Below are positions 63,301 through 64,000 of a stretch of DNA of 64,000 nt, one piece after another (the stretch's first letter is position 1; each line of letters opens with the position of its first letter). The DNA lies in NCBI GenBank assembly GCA_963730935.1, contig CAVSTP010000002.1, positions 864,001 through 928,000 of the forward strand, written 5' to 3'. Source of the stretch: an uncultured Nitrospiraceae bacterium (GTDB taxonomy: Bacteria > Nitrospirota > Nitrospiria > Nitrospirales > Nitrospiraceae). The notes under the pieces were generated by a model. It saw only the letters and a list, made by a program, of their open reading frames with translations, was not told the origin of the DNA and searched no databases. Made by a program: the position numbers and the translations under genes.

Positions 63301-64000
63301 ATGTGCGGGATTAGCGGGTTTCTTGATACATCCAATCGGTTCGGAAACCATGAGCTTCAGGACATAGTCTTGAAGATGGTGGATACCCTTCACCATCGTG
63401 GACCGGACGATAGCGGCGCATGGGCGGATGCGAAGCCGGAATCGCATTAGGGCATCGGCGGTTATCGATCCTCGATCTTTCTCCGGAAGGCCACCAGCCG
63501 ATGCACTCGGCCTGTGGACGATATGTGATCAGCTTTAATGGAGAGATCTACAACTTTAGGGCGCTGCGCAAGGAATTGGAAGGCTTAGGGTATGAGTTTC
63601 GTGGCCACTCGGACACTGAGGTGATGTTGGCCTGCATTTCGCAATGGGGTCTTGTCTCGGCAGTGAAACGTTTTAACGGATGTTCGCATTTGCCTTATGG
63701 GATCGTGGAGAAAGACAGCTACACCTGGTTCGTGACCGTCTCGGAGAAAAGCCGCTGTATTATGGATGGATGGGCAAGACCTTTATGTTTGGCTCGGAGT
63801 TAAAGGCATTGCGGGCACATCCGGATTTCAAGATTGAGGTGGATCGAGATGCGCTTGCCCTGTATATGCGGCACAATTATATTCCCGCTCCCTATTCGAT
63901 CTATCAGGGCATCCATAAGGTGCTCCCCGGAACGATCGTGACGATGTCCCGGACGTTGGGATTCCTCCTCACCTCACGCCCTATTGGTCCGCCAGGCCGC
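63301..64000 (+). pseudogene. asnB: Asparagine synthase-like amidotransferase, frameshifted, truncated by window
   Basis: [35 protein letters not shown]. Confidence 0.85.

Overview
The window looks like a Nitrospira-type bacterial chromosome segment; the taxon is inferred from gene content only. It has three parts. (1) 1-9.5 kb is core genome: an anti-sigma/ECF sigma pair, der, a HAD hydrolase, leuS-lptE-holA, rpsT, pyrF and tRNA-His(GTG). (2) 9.5 to about 43.5 kb is an integration hotspot. The tRNA-His 3' end recurs as direct repeats at 17.03 and 26.94 kb, defining tandem islands. There is also a decayed tyrosine integrase and tRNA-Thr(CGT)-like att remnants. Cargo includes MgtE, a FadL-type channel followed by a membrane kinase-receiver-cyclase, a GAF kinase, many intact or broken stand-alone receiver genes, Zn-ribbon and helical microproteins, stress genes (cls, TerC, CsbD-like, DUF4142, FtsH) and a di-haem peroxidase-family gene. 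(3) 43.7-64 kb is a LuxR/UpxY-led exopolysaccharide locus with many frameshifts, possibly sequencing errors, and a 52-proline linker. The most unusual signal is a family of about 60-aa helical microproteins. Two of them carry a conserved two-hairpin leader that would hide the ribosome-binding site, and variants of the second hairpin precede three other small or receiver genes.
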